Shown piece after piece: positions 50,484 to 58,681 of a stretch of DNA of 64,000 bases. Source of the stretch: Candidatus Staskawiczbacteria bacterium (GTDB lineage Bacteria; Patescibacteriota; Minisyncoccia; Minisyncoccales; Staskawiczbacteraceae). The position numbers were made by a program, and so were the translations under genes. Below the pieces are notes generated by a model. The model was not told the origin of the DNA. It did not search any database and saw only the letters and a program-made list of their open reading frames with translations. The stretch spans positions 4,450 to 68,449 of the forward strand of contig JAPLZF010000010.1 in assembly GCA_026395175.1 (NCBI GenBank). Reading direction: 5' to 3'. How positions within the stretch are numbered: position 1 is the first letter of the stretch; each line of letters opens with the position of its first letter.

Positions 50484-51329
50484 ATGGATTTGACTTCTCC
50501 AAAAATAATAAAAGAACTTCTTTCAAAATATAATGCCAGGCCTTCAAAAGGATTGGGACAGAATTTTTTGATAGACAAGAATGTTTTAAACAAAATTATT
50601 GAAGCTTCAGACATAAAACCAAGCGATGTTATTTTGGAAGTGGGCCCGGGCATTGGAACTTTAACGCAGGAACTGGCAAAAAAGGCCAAAAAAGTTATTG
50701 CAATAGAAAAAGACAAAGTAATGATTGAAATTTTGAAAGAAACCTTGAAAGATTCCAAAAATATTGAAATCATCCAAGGAGATATTTTAAAAAATAAATT
50801 ATCTCTGCCAAAAAAATATAAGATAGTTGCAAATATCCCGTATTATTTGACTTCACCTTTAATCAGAAAATTTCTGGAAAGCGAAAACCAGCCAGAAGAA
50901 ATGGTTTTGATGCTTCAAAAAGAAGTTGCCCAAAGAATTTGTTCAAAGCCTCCGCGAATGAGTTTGCTGGCAGTGTCTGTGCAGTTTTATGCCGATGCAA
51001 AAATTGTTTCTTATGTCTCAAAAAACTGCTTTTGGCCTGCTCCAAAAATTGATTCGGCAATAATAAAAATTCACCCAGTTAAATCGCCCGAAGGGCGAAT
51101 TTTGGCAAAGCCAAAATTATTTAACGGGGTAAACTCCCAACTTTTTTTCAAAGTTGTAAAAGCCGGATTTTCCCAACCCAGAAAACAATTAGCCGGCAAT
51201 TTATCAAAAATGTTAAAGTTAAGCAGAGAAAAAACAAACAGCTGGCTTTTGAAAAACAATATTGCCCCAACCCAGCGGGCTGAAACATTAAGCGTTGAAG
51301 ACTGGAAAAATTTGGCAAATAGTTTATAA
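50484..51329 (+). CDS. rsmA: 16S rRNA m6,2A dimethyltransferase
   Basis: GQNFL, LEVGPGIG.LT, ANIPYY, QKEVA.RI, F.P.PKIDSA, RAE.LS. Confidence 0.97.
   Translation: MDLTSPKIIKELLSKYNARPSKGLGQNFLIDKNVLNKIIEASDIKPSDVILEVGPGIGTLTQELAKKAKKVIAIEKDKVMIEILKETLKDSKNIEIIQGDILKNKLSLPKKYKIVANIPYYLTSPLIRKFLESENQPEEMVLMLQKEVAQRICSKPPRMSLLAVSVQFYADAKIVSYVSKNCFWPAPKIDSAIIKIHPVKSPEGRILAKPKLFNGVNSQLFFKVVKAGFSQPRKQLAGNLSKMLKLSREKTNSWLLKNNIAPTQRAETLSVEDWKNLANSL
51071..51132. repeat. Branched palindromic insertion in-frame in rsmA
   Basis: ACCCAGTTAAAT-[CGCCC GAA GGGCG][AATTTTGGC AAA GCCAAAATT]-ATTTAACGGGGT; protein HPVKSPEGRILAKPKLFNGV. Confidence 0.85.
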
Positions 51330-51336
51330 TTACCTT

Positions 51337-51747
51337 ATGGAGTTAGAAAAACAACAAAAAATAAATTTAAAAGAAATTGCAAAAAGATATCATCTAAAGA
51401 TGGTCTTACTTTTTGGTTCACAAGCAACAGGTAAAACACATAAGGAAAGCGATTTTGACATTGCTTATTTGCCGGAGAAAAATTTAAGTTATGATGATGA
51501 AATTAATATAAATCTTCAATTTGCAAATATTTTCAGAAACGACAGAGTTGATACGGTGGATATAAATAAATCTAATCCATTGTTGCTTTTTCAAGTAAGT
51601 AAAAATTCAATTTTGCTCTATGGAAACAGGCAAGATTTTTTAAAATTCAAATTATACGCATTCAATGCATATAACGACTACGCTCCTTATTTTAAAATGG
51701 AAAATAATTTGAATAAAAAAATAATCAACGCTTATGCCAATCGATAA
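51337..51747 (+). CDS. Minimal nucleotidyltransferase (MNT) antitoxin
   Basis: LFGSQATG.....SDFDIA (GSX10DXD); start MELEK. Confidence 0.9.
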   Translation: MELEKQQKINLKEIAKRYHLKMVLLFGSQATGKTHKESDFDIAYLPEKNLSYDDEININLQFANIFRNDRVDTVDINKSNPLLLFQVSKNSILLYGNRQDFLKFKLYAFNAYNDYAPYFKMENNLNKKIINAYANR

Positions 51748-52156
51748 AAAAATTATCAGCCGAAAAATAACTTTGATAAATAACGACTTAAAAAGCTTAA
51801 AAGCATTAAGCAAGCTTTCTCTTAAAACTTATTTGAGCAAATCAGAATACGAAGCGCTGGCGGAAAGATATTTAGAAAGGATAATCGGCAGGATGATTGA
51901 TATTAATTATCATATTTTATCGGAAAAAGAAAATGAAATTCCAACAGATTTCTACAATTCTTTTATTGAATTGGGCAGAAAAAAGTATCTGCCATTTAAG
52001 TTGGCGGAAATAATGGCTAACTCCGCCGGACTGCGGAACAGATTAGCGCACGAATATGACGAAATCGACGCTAAAAAAATTTTTGAAGCAATAGCATCTT
52101 GTTTGAAAAACACGCCAAAATATTTAAAAAACATCGTTAAGTCGCTTAATTTATAA
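51734..52156 (+). CDS. HEPN (DUF86) toxin
   Basis: RNRLAHEY (RX4HXY). Confidence 0.9.
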   Translation: MPIDKKIISRKITLINNDLKSLKALSKLSLKTYLSKSEYEALAERYLERIIGRMIDINYHILSEKENEIPTDFYNSFIELGRKKYLPFKLAEIMANSAGLRNRLAHEYDEIDAKKIFEAIASCLKNTPKYLKNIVKSLNL

Positions 52157-52235
52157 AAATAACATCTCCCCAACCCAGCGTGCCGAAACATTAAGCGTTG
52201 AAGACTGGCTGAAATTAAATAAAAATTTCAAATAA
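52155..52235 (+). pseudogene. Second, displaced copy of the rsmA 3' end
   Basis: Encodes KNNISPTQRAETLSVEDWLKLNKNFK* versus RsmA KNNIAPTQRAETLSVEDWKNLANSL* (51252-51329). Confidence 0.88.
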
Positions 52236-52273
52236 AAAGGAGGTCTCCCAACGAACTAGCGTCGGGAAACCTC
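52234..52273. terminator. Terminator hairpin of GC-rich cassette 2
   Basis: Minus strand GAGGTTTCCCGACG-CTAGTT-CGTTGGGAGACCTC-CTTTTT. Confidence 0.75.
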
Positions 52274-52302
52274 ATAAATCGTGCCTTTCGGCATTCCATG
52301 CC

Positions 52303-52641
52303 TTACCTCCCTGTCGCAATGTGACGAGCCCACTCACGCTTCTTCGCCGGATCAGTCGGTGGGTTGTTCACGGTGTGCGCCCATGCAATACGAGCGTCTA
52401 TGTCGCTCTTGGCGCTTTGGGCAGGTGTCTCTTTCGGGGTTTCCAGCACTTCTTGTTGCTGAGAATCCGCAACAATTACCCCGTTCTGGTGGGTCAACGC
52501 TGGGACCACGAACACCACCAGAATTCCTACTGCAACCACAATCAAAGCTGTGACAGCTATTGCGGTTACCATTTGAATCCCAGTGTAATTCGTGGCGGAC
52601 CTTACTTTGTGTCCTTGGATAAAATCGGCGTGCGTAGTCAT
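52303..52641 (-). CDS. Single-TM hypothetical protein (GC-rich cassette 2)
   Basis: Start MTTHADF at 52641 after GAGG; TM MVTAIAVTALIVVAVGILVVFVV. Confidence 0.7.
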   Translation of the reverse strand: MTTHADFIQGHKVRSATNYTGIQMVTAIAVTALIVVAVGILVVFVVPALTHQNGVIVADSQQQEVLETPKETPAQSAKSDIDARIAWAHTVNNPPTDPAKKREWARHIATGR

Positions 52642-52708
52642 CGTTAGTACCTCACAATCCCTATTCAGTTGACAATGGTCAGATGAAACATCATTGACCT
52701 CTAATTTT

Positions 52709-52737
52709 AGATTAAGCAATATCAAAGAGATTGTCAA
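52709..52737 (-). promoter_or_regulatory. sigma70-type promoter of cassette 2
   Basis: TTGACA-17 nt-TAATCT; DnaA-box-like TGTGAATAA at 52755-52763. Confidence 0.6.
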
Positions 52738-52824
52738 GACTTTTAACCGAGAGGTGTGAATAATTTTTTTCACTTGCTTTCTTTCTTTGTGGTATAATAG
52801 AATAATTTATATATCAAAAATATA

Positions 52825-53142
52825 ATGCCAGAACAGAAAGAAGAAGAACAAAAAAAAGAAGGGGACGGCAATAGCGGTAATTTAGCTTCTCCTGAAGGAA
52901 TTTTGATGCTTTGTGTAGCTGGGATTATAGACGCTATCAGTTTGATTCCGGTAATTAATATTATTTCAGACATTTTGGGAATTATCATTATTGGAGGATG
53001 GCTATTAATAACCCGCCCTGGCGAGGCTGTTAAAAAAGCTGTTAAAAGATTTCTTATTGCTTGTGGAATAGAATTAATTCCCATTGTGAGCATTGCCCCA
53101 TCTTGGACTTGGTTTGTTTACAAAACATTAAAAGACAATTAA
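52825..53142 (+). CDS. Small membrane protein (ELIP...P.WT motif), T4SS-like locus
   Basis: Hydrophobic, IELIPIVSIAPSWT; first gene after TGTGGTATAAT. Confidence 0.75.
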   Translation: MPEQKEEEQKKEGDGNSGNLASPEGILMLCVAGIIDAISLIPVINIISDILGIIIIGGWLLITRPGEAVKKAVKRFLIACGIELIPIVSIAPSWTWFVYKTLKDN

Positions 53143-53157
53143 AAAAATATTTTTATT

Positions 53158-55053
53158 ATGAATTTTTTCTTAAAAATTTTGCGACATAAAAAAATAATAT
53201 TTTTTATTGTTTTTTTTATTGTTATTTCGGCAATTATTTTACCTCATCTCGCATCAGCACAAGGAATGTCAGGAGAAATAGATGATATGACCATGAATGC
53301 AGGCGATGTGAATATCGGCGATATTGTTGGACCAGCCGCAAGAGCGATAAGCAATGTTGCTATAGCGCCACTTTTAACCGCCATTGTTTGGGGGATTACA
53401 CTTACTTCAATTTCAGTTTTTGGCACTCTTTCTAATCTTGCTGGTGGATTATTACTTTATATAATATCTTTGAATGCAGACCCAACATGGGCATTCACCA
53501 AGTTCACTAATCCTGTAATAGCTATTGGCTGGACTCAAGTAAGAGATTTAGCTAATATGGTTGTCGTATTAGGTTTTGTCATTATAGGAATAGCGACTGC
53601 TTTAAGGATTAAAACATATCAGGCAAACCAACTTTTAGCCAAACTAATAATTGCAGCTCTTTTAATAAATTTTTCTTTATTAATTTGTGGAATATTTATT
53701 GACGGCTCTAATATATTAACGACTCATTTTCTGCAAAGTGGGGGATTTTTAGAAAAATCTGTATCACAGAGTATAACAGATCAGGTGACTGCTCTTTATA
53801 ACAATACTCACTTATTTGATATATCTGCGATTCCTGATTTAATCGGAGCGGCCATATCAATTATTTTTTTTGACGTTATAACATTGATTACGTTTTTTCT
53901 TTTCTTTTTCCTATTTTTAGCCAGGTATGTATTTTTGTGGATATTGGTTGTTCTTTCACCATTGGCTTTTGTTTGTTATGTATTTCCATTTACAAAAAAG
54001 TTTTTTGATATGTGGTGGAATAATTTTTTCCAATGGTGCATTATTGGAGTAGCTGGTTCCTTTTTTCTTTTTCTTGCGGACAAATTAACTGTAGGAATAA
54101 CCAGCACAACAACAAATGTAGCCGCCCAAACTACAGGCACCAGCATGTTTTCTTATCTTGTGCCTTCTGTATTTTTGCTTGGCGGGCTTTTATTCTCCAT
54201 GCAATCAGGCGCAATTGGAGCCAGTATGGCAGTATCAGCATTCAAAAAAACTGGAAAAGTAGGAGGAGGAATATTACAAAATTCTAGAGTAGGACAAGCA
54301 ACTGGCAACCTTGGAAACAGACTTAAGTCGGGTTCTTTGCAAGCATTGGAATCTATGGGGCTTGCCGCTCGAGGTACAACTTCAAACTCAAATACAGCGG
54401 CAGTAGCAAAACGTCAAAAATATACAGCAAATATGACAGACAATGAGGTGTTGGCAGATATGAGAAAAAGCGGGGTAATTGGAGTCGCCGCATTCAACGA
54501 AGCTCAAAAAAGAAAAATTGTCAATCAATATGCTGGCGGAGATGTAAACCAAATTGCTACACGGGCTGCCCGTGCTAGATCATGGGGAATAAACACTACT
54601 GATGCTGAAAAACAAGTGACTGAGTTATCAGGGCACAATGATAATTCTGTCAGAAATGTTATAAGAGACCAAGTTACTGGCACAGTAAACATAAATCCTA
54701 CTACTGGAGTTGCGTGGACACAACCAGAAGCTCAAAGAGAAGCTGTTAGAAGAAGAAATGCTGGACTATCTGTTCCTAATTTGAGAGATATGCATCATAG
54801 TCAAATAAATGAAAATGTTGCTGAGGATGTAGATAATAGAACATTTGATAGAGCTGCTTTGGAATTTAATAAAGAACAAATGGATAGATACAGAGGACTG
54901 GTTGCTCCAGGCGGCGCTTTAATTACAAGACAAACAGCCCTAAGGGCACAATATGCTGCTGAAAGGGCGGCTGGGCATAATGCTCAAGCCGATCACTTAC
55001 TTGCACAACTAAATAATTTGTCCGCAAACATAGGATCAATTGCAGCTTGGTAA
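53158..55053 (+). CDS. VirB6/TrbL-like polytopic membrane protein
   Basis: GW..VRDLAN, LII.ALLINFSL, R...LWILVVLSPLAF, WW..F; cytoplasmic C-terminal extension. Confidence 0.75.
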   Translation: MNFFLKILRHKKIIFFIVFFIVISAIILPHLASAQGMSGEIDDMTMNAGDVNIGDIVGPAARAISNVAIAPLLTAIVWGITLTSISVFGTLSNLAGGLLLYIISLNADPTWAFTKFTNPVIAIGWTQVRDLANMVVVLGFVIIGIATALRIKTYQANQLLAKLIIAALLINFSLLICGIFIDGSNILTTHFLQSGGFLEKSVSQSITDQVTALYNNTHLFDISAIPDLIGAAISIIFFDVITLITFFLFFFLFLARYVFLWILVVLSPLAFVCYVFPFTKKFFDMWWNNFFQWCIIGVAGSFFLFLADKLTVGITSTTTNVAAQTTGTSMFSYLVPSVFLLGGLLFSMQSGAIGASMAVSAFKKTGKVGGGILQNSRVGQATGNLGNRLKSGSLQALESMGLAARGTTSNSNTAAVAKRQKYTANMTDNEVLADMRKSGVIGVAAFNEAQKRKIVNQYAGGDVNQIATRAARARSWGINTTDAEKQVTELSGHNDNSVRNVIRDQVTGTVNINPTTGVAWTQPEAQREAVRRRNAGLSVPNLRDMHHSQINENVAEDVDNRTFDRAALEFNKEQMDRYRGLVAPGGALITRQTALRAQYAAERAAGHNAQADHLLAQLNNLSANIGSIAAW

Positions 55054-55078
55054 AATAACTTAAAAAATATAATATAAT

Positions 55079-55588
55079 ATGGCAATAAATCAAAATCAAA
55101 AAATATGGTTTTCTGGAGAAAAAAGCCCGTATATTATTATCTCAGAAATATTAGAAAAAAATAATTTGAAAGAAACACTAAATGATATGGTTGATAAAAT
55201 AGGGCAAGGACAAGTTTCTAGAATAATAATTTTATACAAGCTATCAAGAGATATTGCAGGAGAAAAAATTTATGAAAAAGATTTTATATTGGCAATTCAA
55301 GATCAATTGAAAACCACCACTAAAATAGCGCAGGACATAAATAAAGACATCAAAGAAAAACTTTTACCGCTGGCTCAAAAAATTAATATTGTCGAGCAAA
55401 AATCAGAAGAAAAAGTAATTACAATGCCTGCACCAATACAAACAGAAAAAATACCGACGAAAGAAACAGGTTATGAAACAAATCAAAAACCAATAAAATT
55501 AACAAAGACTATTACTAAAATTCCTGAAATAAAAGAAGTCAAAAATACTACCAAAAAGTCTGACAGCTATAGAGAAACAATTGAATAA
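55079..55588 (+). CDS. Hypothetical protein with C-terminal D.YRE.IE motif
   Basis: 169 aa; motif typical of genes preceding prgI in this kind of locus (inference). Confidence 0.7.
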   Translation: MAINQNQKIWFSGEKSPYIIISEILEKNNLKETLNDMVDKIGQGQVSRIIILYKLSRDIAGEKIYEKDFILAIQDQLKTTTKIAQDINKDIKEKLLPLAQKINIVEQKSEEKVITMPAPIQTEKIPTKETGYETNQKPIKLTKTITKIPEIKEVKNTTKKSDSYRETIE

Positions 55589-55598
55589 AATTATAAAT

Positions 55599-55636
55599 AA
55601 AGAGGCGGCTCTGACAGAAATGTCGGAGTCGCCTTT
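55599..55636. terminator. Terminator hairpin of GC-rich cassette 3
   Basis: Minus strand AAAGGCGACTCCGACA-TTTC-TGTCAGAGCCGCCT-CTTT. Confidence 0.75.
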
Positions 55637-55671
55637 GTTTGCTCTTGGGGCGAGCAGCCCATACTACACTA

Positions 55672-56922
55672 TTATCTCCTTCTTGTTTTTCTTTTGTCCT
55701 TTCTTTCCGCCCAAGCCCGTAATTGAGCTGGATTCATCTTGCTGAGGTCCGGATGATCGTCATCCTCATCATCGACGAGTTCATCCGAATCATCGTTAGA
55801 ATTTCTTCCGCCACCGCGAGGGTTGCCTTGACGGCCGGGATTGCCAACACCACGCTGACCGCCACCGGAATCTTTTACGGCGAAGGCCGCAGCGACTCCA
55901 CCGATTAGCTCGGCAATACTCCCTTGGGCGAATGGAGTTCCATCTACCGAACCTATGCGAATGTCGCGCAAATCGCCAGAAGCACCAGCACGGTCGCGTT
56001 TGACCTGATCCCATGCTCTGTCAAAGTCATCCTTGAATCCGCCTTCGGAATTCGGAATACCCCTTAACTTGGGATTTGCATCAAGCTTCTCTTTCAATTC
56101 GTCTTCGGTGATATGAGCGAGCCGAGCGACAGATTTTAGAATTCTGCCAGCCGTCTCTTCCATGTCCTTGTCGGCAGTCTGCTGAGCGCTCCACTTCGCA
56201 AGGGTTGCCTCACGATAGCCCTCAGGTGGGTCAATATTGACCGTCTCCAGGGCAAGCAGTTCAATTCCATACTGATTCTTCAATATAGAAATAATGCTCG
56301 GCTCACCGCCAGGTCCATCATGGGCCAGCATTGCGAAGACATCCCTGTCTAACTGAGTACCGGGATCGTTGATGATTTTGTCGTACTCGTGCTCTGAGAT
56401 GTACTGCCTTACCCTCGGAAGAACACGGGTGACAAGAGCATCAAACCAATCTCTAACTAGAAACAAGGCTTTGTACGGGTTGATGATCATTGCCGTCATC
56501 GTCATTATCCCGTGTAGAGGAAGTTTTTTCATATCCTCTGCGTTAGAAAACTCCAGCCCATACTGATACTGCGTGCCGGCAAGGATGAAATCCGTATTCT
56601 CATCTTGACGGCGCTCAAATTTCCCGTCGGGAAGAGCTTTAGTGTAGCGCATAGTGCGAGAGTAAATCCTATCAATGCCCAGGGGCCTTAACAAGCTAAC
56701 CCAACGCAATCCGCCTAAAAGAGCAGGACTACTTGAGCCTCCCTCGACCACATCTCCATCAGAGCTCAGTCTAAAACCCCTCTTAGCCAATATGGTCTTG
56801 CGATATCCACCGAAGCGGACCACGTTTTTGGCCGTACCTTCTTTTACGAAAGTGAAGCAAAATAACGTGTAGACAACTGCAATCAATAAACCGACAATCA
56901 AAACACCAAGTGCATACAACAT
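55672..56922 (-). CDS. SPFH/band-7-like membrane protein (GC-rich cassette 3)
   Basis: Start MLYALG at 56922 after AAGGAG; N-terminal TM, FVKEGTA..V...G, I.NPYKALF, YGIEL......IDPP; Gly/Arg/Asp-rich tail. Confidence 0.75.
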   Translation of the reverse strand: MLYALGVLIVGLLIAVVYTLFCFTFVKEGTAKNVVRFGGYRKTILAKRGFRLSSDGDVVEGGSSSPALLGGLRWVSLLRPLGIDRIYSRTMRYTKALPDGKFERRQDENTDFILAGTQYQYGLEFSNAEDMKKLPLHGIMTMTAMIINPYKALFLVRDWFDALVTRVLPRVRQYISEHEYDKIINDPGTQLDRDVFAMLAHDGPGGEPSIISILKNQYGIELLALETVNIDPPEGYREATLAKWSAQQTADKDMEETAGRILKSVARLAHITEDELKEKLDANPKLRGIPNSEGGFKDDFDRAWDQVKRDRAGASGDLRDIRIGSVDGTPFAQGSIAELIGGVAAAFAVKDSGGGQRGVGNPGRQGNPRGGGRNSNDDSDELVDDEDDDHPDLSKMNPAQLRAWAERKDKRKTRRR

Positions 56923-57010
56923 AGTCTTTCTCCTTTTCCATATGACCCCGCTAAGCGGGGGATTCAAAGTTCTGTTTTTCAGCCAGGAAACATATCCAAG
57001 CCTATATTTA

Positions 57011-57039
57011 ATTATAGCATAATACAGGTTTCCTGTCAA
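57011..57039 (-). promoter_or_regulatory. Consensus sigma70 promoter of cassette 3
   Basis: TTGACA-17 nt-TATAAT with TG at the extended -10 position; DnaA-box-like TGTGGATAT at 57053-57061. Confidence 0.8.
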
Positions 57040-57115
57040 GACTTTCGGCTCCTGTGGATATTTATATTGGGTTGCATTTTCTGAATGTGGTATAATACAA
57101 AAATAGAATTTTAAA

Positions 57116-57523
57116 ATGGAGCAATATCCTATACCGCAATTTATTGAAGCAGAAGGCAAAATTGCTTTCTTTATATCATTCAGACAATTTTTTTATCTGG
57201 TGGGAGCCGGCGTGGTTTGCTTTTTTCTTTATTGGATTCTGCCGACTATTCTTTTTTATATGTTTAGCATTGTAATTTTTGTTGGAACCGCAATACTTGC
57301 TTTTGCAACGGTGAATGGCATGCCCATAATAAATATAATTTTGTCATCAATCGGGTTTTCAATGGGAGGGAAAAATTATACCTGGAAGAAAAAAGAATCT
57401 CCTTATCCCTTCAAACCCATAAAAAGAACACAAATTAAAAAAATTGACCAAGGCCCTGTTTTGCAAGCCCAAACAAGCCAGCTGAAAAAAACAAAAACAG
57501 CAATAGAATTGCGGACGAAGTAG
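57116..57523 (+). CDS. prgI: PrgI-family protein
   Basis: QY.IPQFIE.E.KI....S.RQF.YL, two TMs, NG.P, Y.WKK. Confidence 0.85.
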   Translation: MEQYPIPQFIEAEGKIAFFISFRQFFYLVGAGVVCFFLYWILPTILFYMFSIVIFVGTAILAFATVNGMPIINIILSSIGFSMGGKNYTWKKKESPYPFKPIKRTQIKKIDQGPVLQAQTSQLKKTKTAIELRTK

Positions 57524-57526
57524 CTT

Positions 57527-58017
57527 ACAATTTTAAATTACAAATTTTAAATTTTAAATCAAATTTAAATGATTAAATGAATGAAAATAAAACAAACCAA
57601 AAATATGATTTGGAAGAGAGAACAGCAAAATTTGGAGAAGATATGGTTGATTTTGTAAAAACAATTGAAAAGAGCGAAATTAACCGGCCACTTATAAATC
57701 AAATTATAAGGTCTGCCACTAGTATCGGAGCGAATTATATGGAAGCTAATGGAGCAGGATCGAAGAAAGATTTCCGAAACAAAATATGTATTTGTAAAAA
57801 AGAGGCGCGAGAAACAAAATATTGGTTAAGAATAATTTCTAAAGCTAATTCAGAAAAATTAGACAATTGCAGATTGTTATGGCAAGAGGCTCACGAATTG
57901 ACACTTATCTTTTCTAAAATAATAATTTCATCGACAAATCAAAACCCTGAGAAAATTTAAACATTTTAGAATTGTCATAATTGAATTAAAATTTATAATT
58001 TAAAATTTAAAATTAGC
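57527..58017. mobile_element. Four-helix-bundle gene flanked by inverted heptamer arrays
   Basis: Left (AATTTTA)n-type array 57527-57576 is approximately the reverse complement of right array 57975-58017. Confidence 0.6.
57577..57960 (+). CDS. Four helix bundle protein (23S rRNA IVS-protein family)
   Basis: DLEERT..F, QIIRSATSIGANY.EA, SKKDF, KEA.ET.YWL. Confidence 0.93.
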   Translation: MNENKTNQKYDLEERTAKFGEDMVDFVKTIEKSEINRPLINQIIRSATSIGANYMEANGAGSKKDFRNKICICKKEARETKYWLRIISKANSEKLDNCRLLWQEAHELTLIFSKIIISSTNQNPEKI

Positions 58018-58021
58018 ATAT

Positions 58022-58681
58022 ATGCCAGAGTCAGCAACGCAAGCATTTTTAGAAGTGCAAGATATAAGGGAAGGAGTTTTGCTTTTGAAAAATAACGGCA
58101 TAAGGGGAGTTTTGATGGCTTCTTCCATAAATTTTGCGCTAAAATCTGAAGAAGAGCAGACAGCCATAATTTACGCTTTTCAGAATTTTTTGAATTCTCT
58201 GGATTTTTTCTGCCAGATTGTTGTCCAATCAAGAAACATAAACATTACTCCTTATTTGGACAGCCTGAAAGATTTGGAAGAAAAACAAACCAACCAATTA
58301 TTGAAAGAGCAGACGGCGTCATACAGGGAATTTATAAAAAATATGGTGGTGGGCGACGTGGTTATGACGAAAAATTTTTATGTTGTCGTGCCTTACAACC
58401 TAATGGAAATTTTTGGAACAAAAGCCGTGGGAAAAAACTTCTTGAACCAATTTTCCGGAAATCAAACGCAAAACCAGCCAATGAAAGACGACGAGTTCCA
58501 AAGATGCAAAACACAGCTTTGGCAAAGAATGGAATATTTATCAATGGGTTTGCGAAGGTGCGGAATAGAAGCTATGCCTTTGACAACTCCCGAGCTTATT
58601 GAACTTTTTTGGTCTATACACCATCCCGACCAAGCGGAAATTGGGTATTACCCGGAAATTTTACCCGAACTTTTAAAGTAA
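58022..58681 (+). CDS. VirB4-associated (TraC-N-like) protein
   Basis: TQ.FLEV.DIR.GV, SSINF.LKS.EEQ, FQNFLNSLDF, K.FYVVVPY, GL.R.G. Confidence 0.8.
   Translation: MPESATQAFLEVQDIREGVLLLKNNGIRGVLMASSINFALKSEEEQTAIIYAFQNFLNSLDFFCQIVVQSRNINITPYLDSLKDLEEKQTNQLLKEQTASYREFIKNMVVGDVVMTKNFYVVVPYNLMEIFGTKAVGKNFLNQFSGNQTQNQPMKDDEFQRCKTQLWQRMEYLSMGLRRCGIEAMPLTTPELIELFWSIHHPDQAEIGYYPEILPELLK

Noticed and set aside
56923..57159. N-terminal extension of the 495-aa ORF (likewise 52642-52773, 10992-11147, 18297-18365)
   Set aside because: The extensions run through promoters or neighbouring genes; better starts with SD or signal peptides lie downstream.
57577..57960. Diversity-generating retroelement (Avd-like protein)
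   Set aside because: No reverse transcriptase and no TR/VR pair with adenine-specific differences in the window. The rsmA repeat differences are not A-specific.
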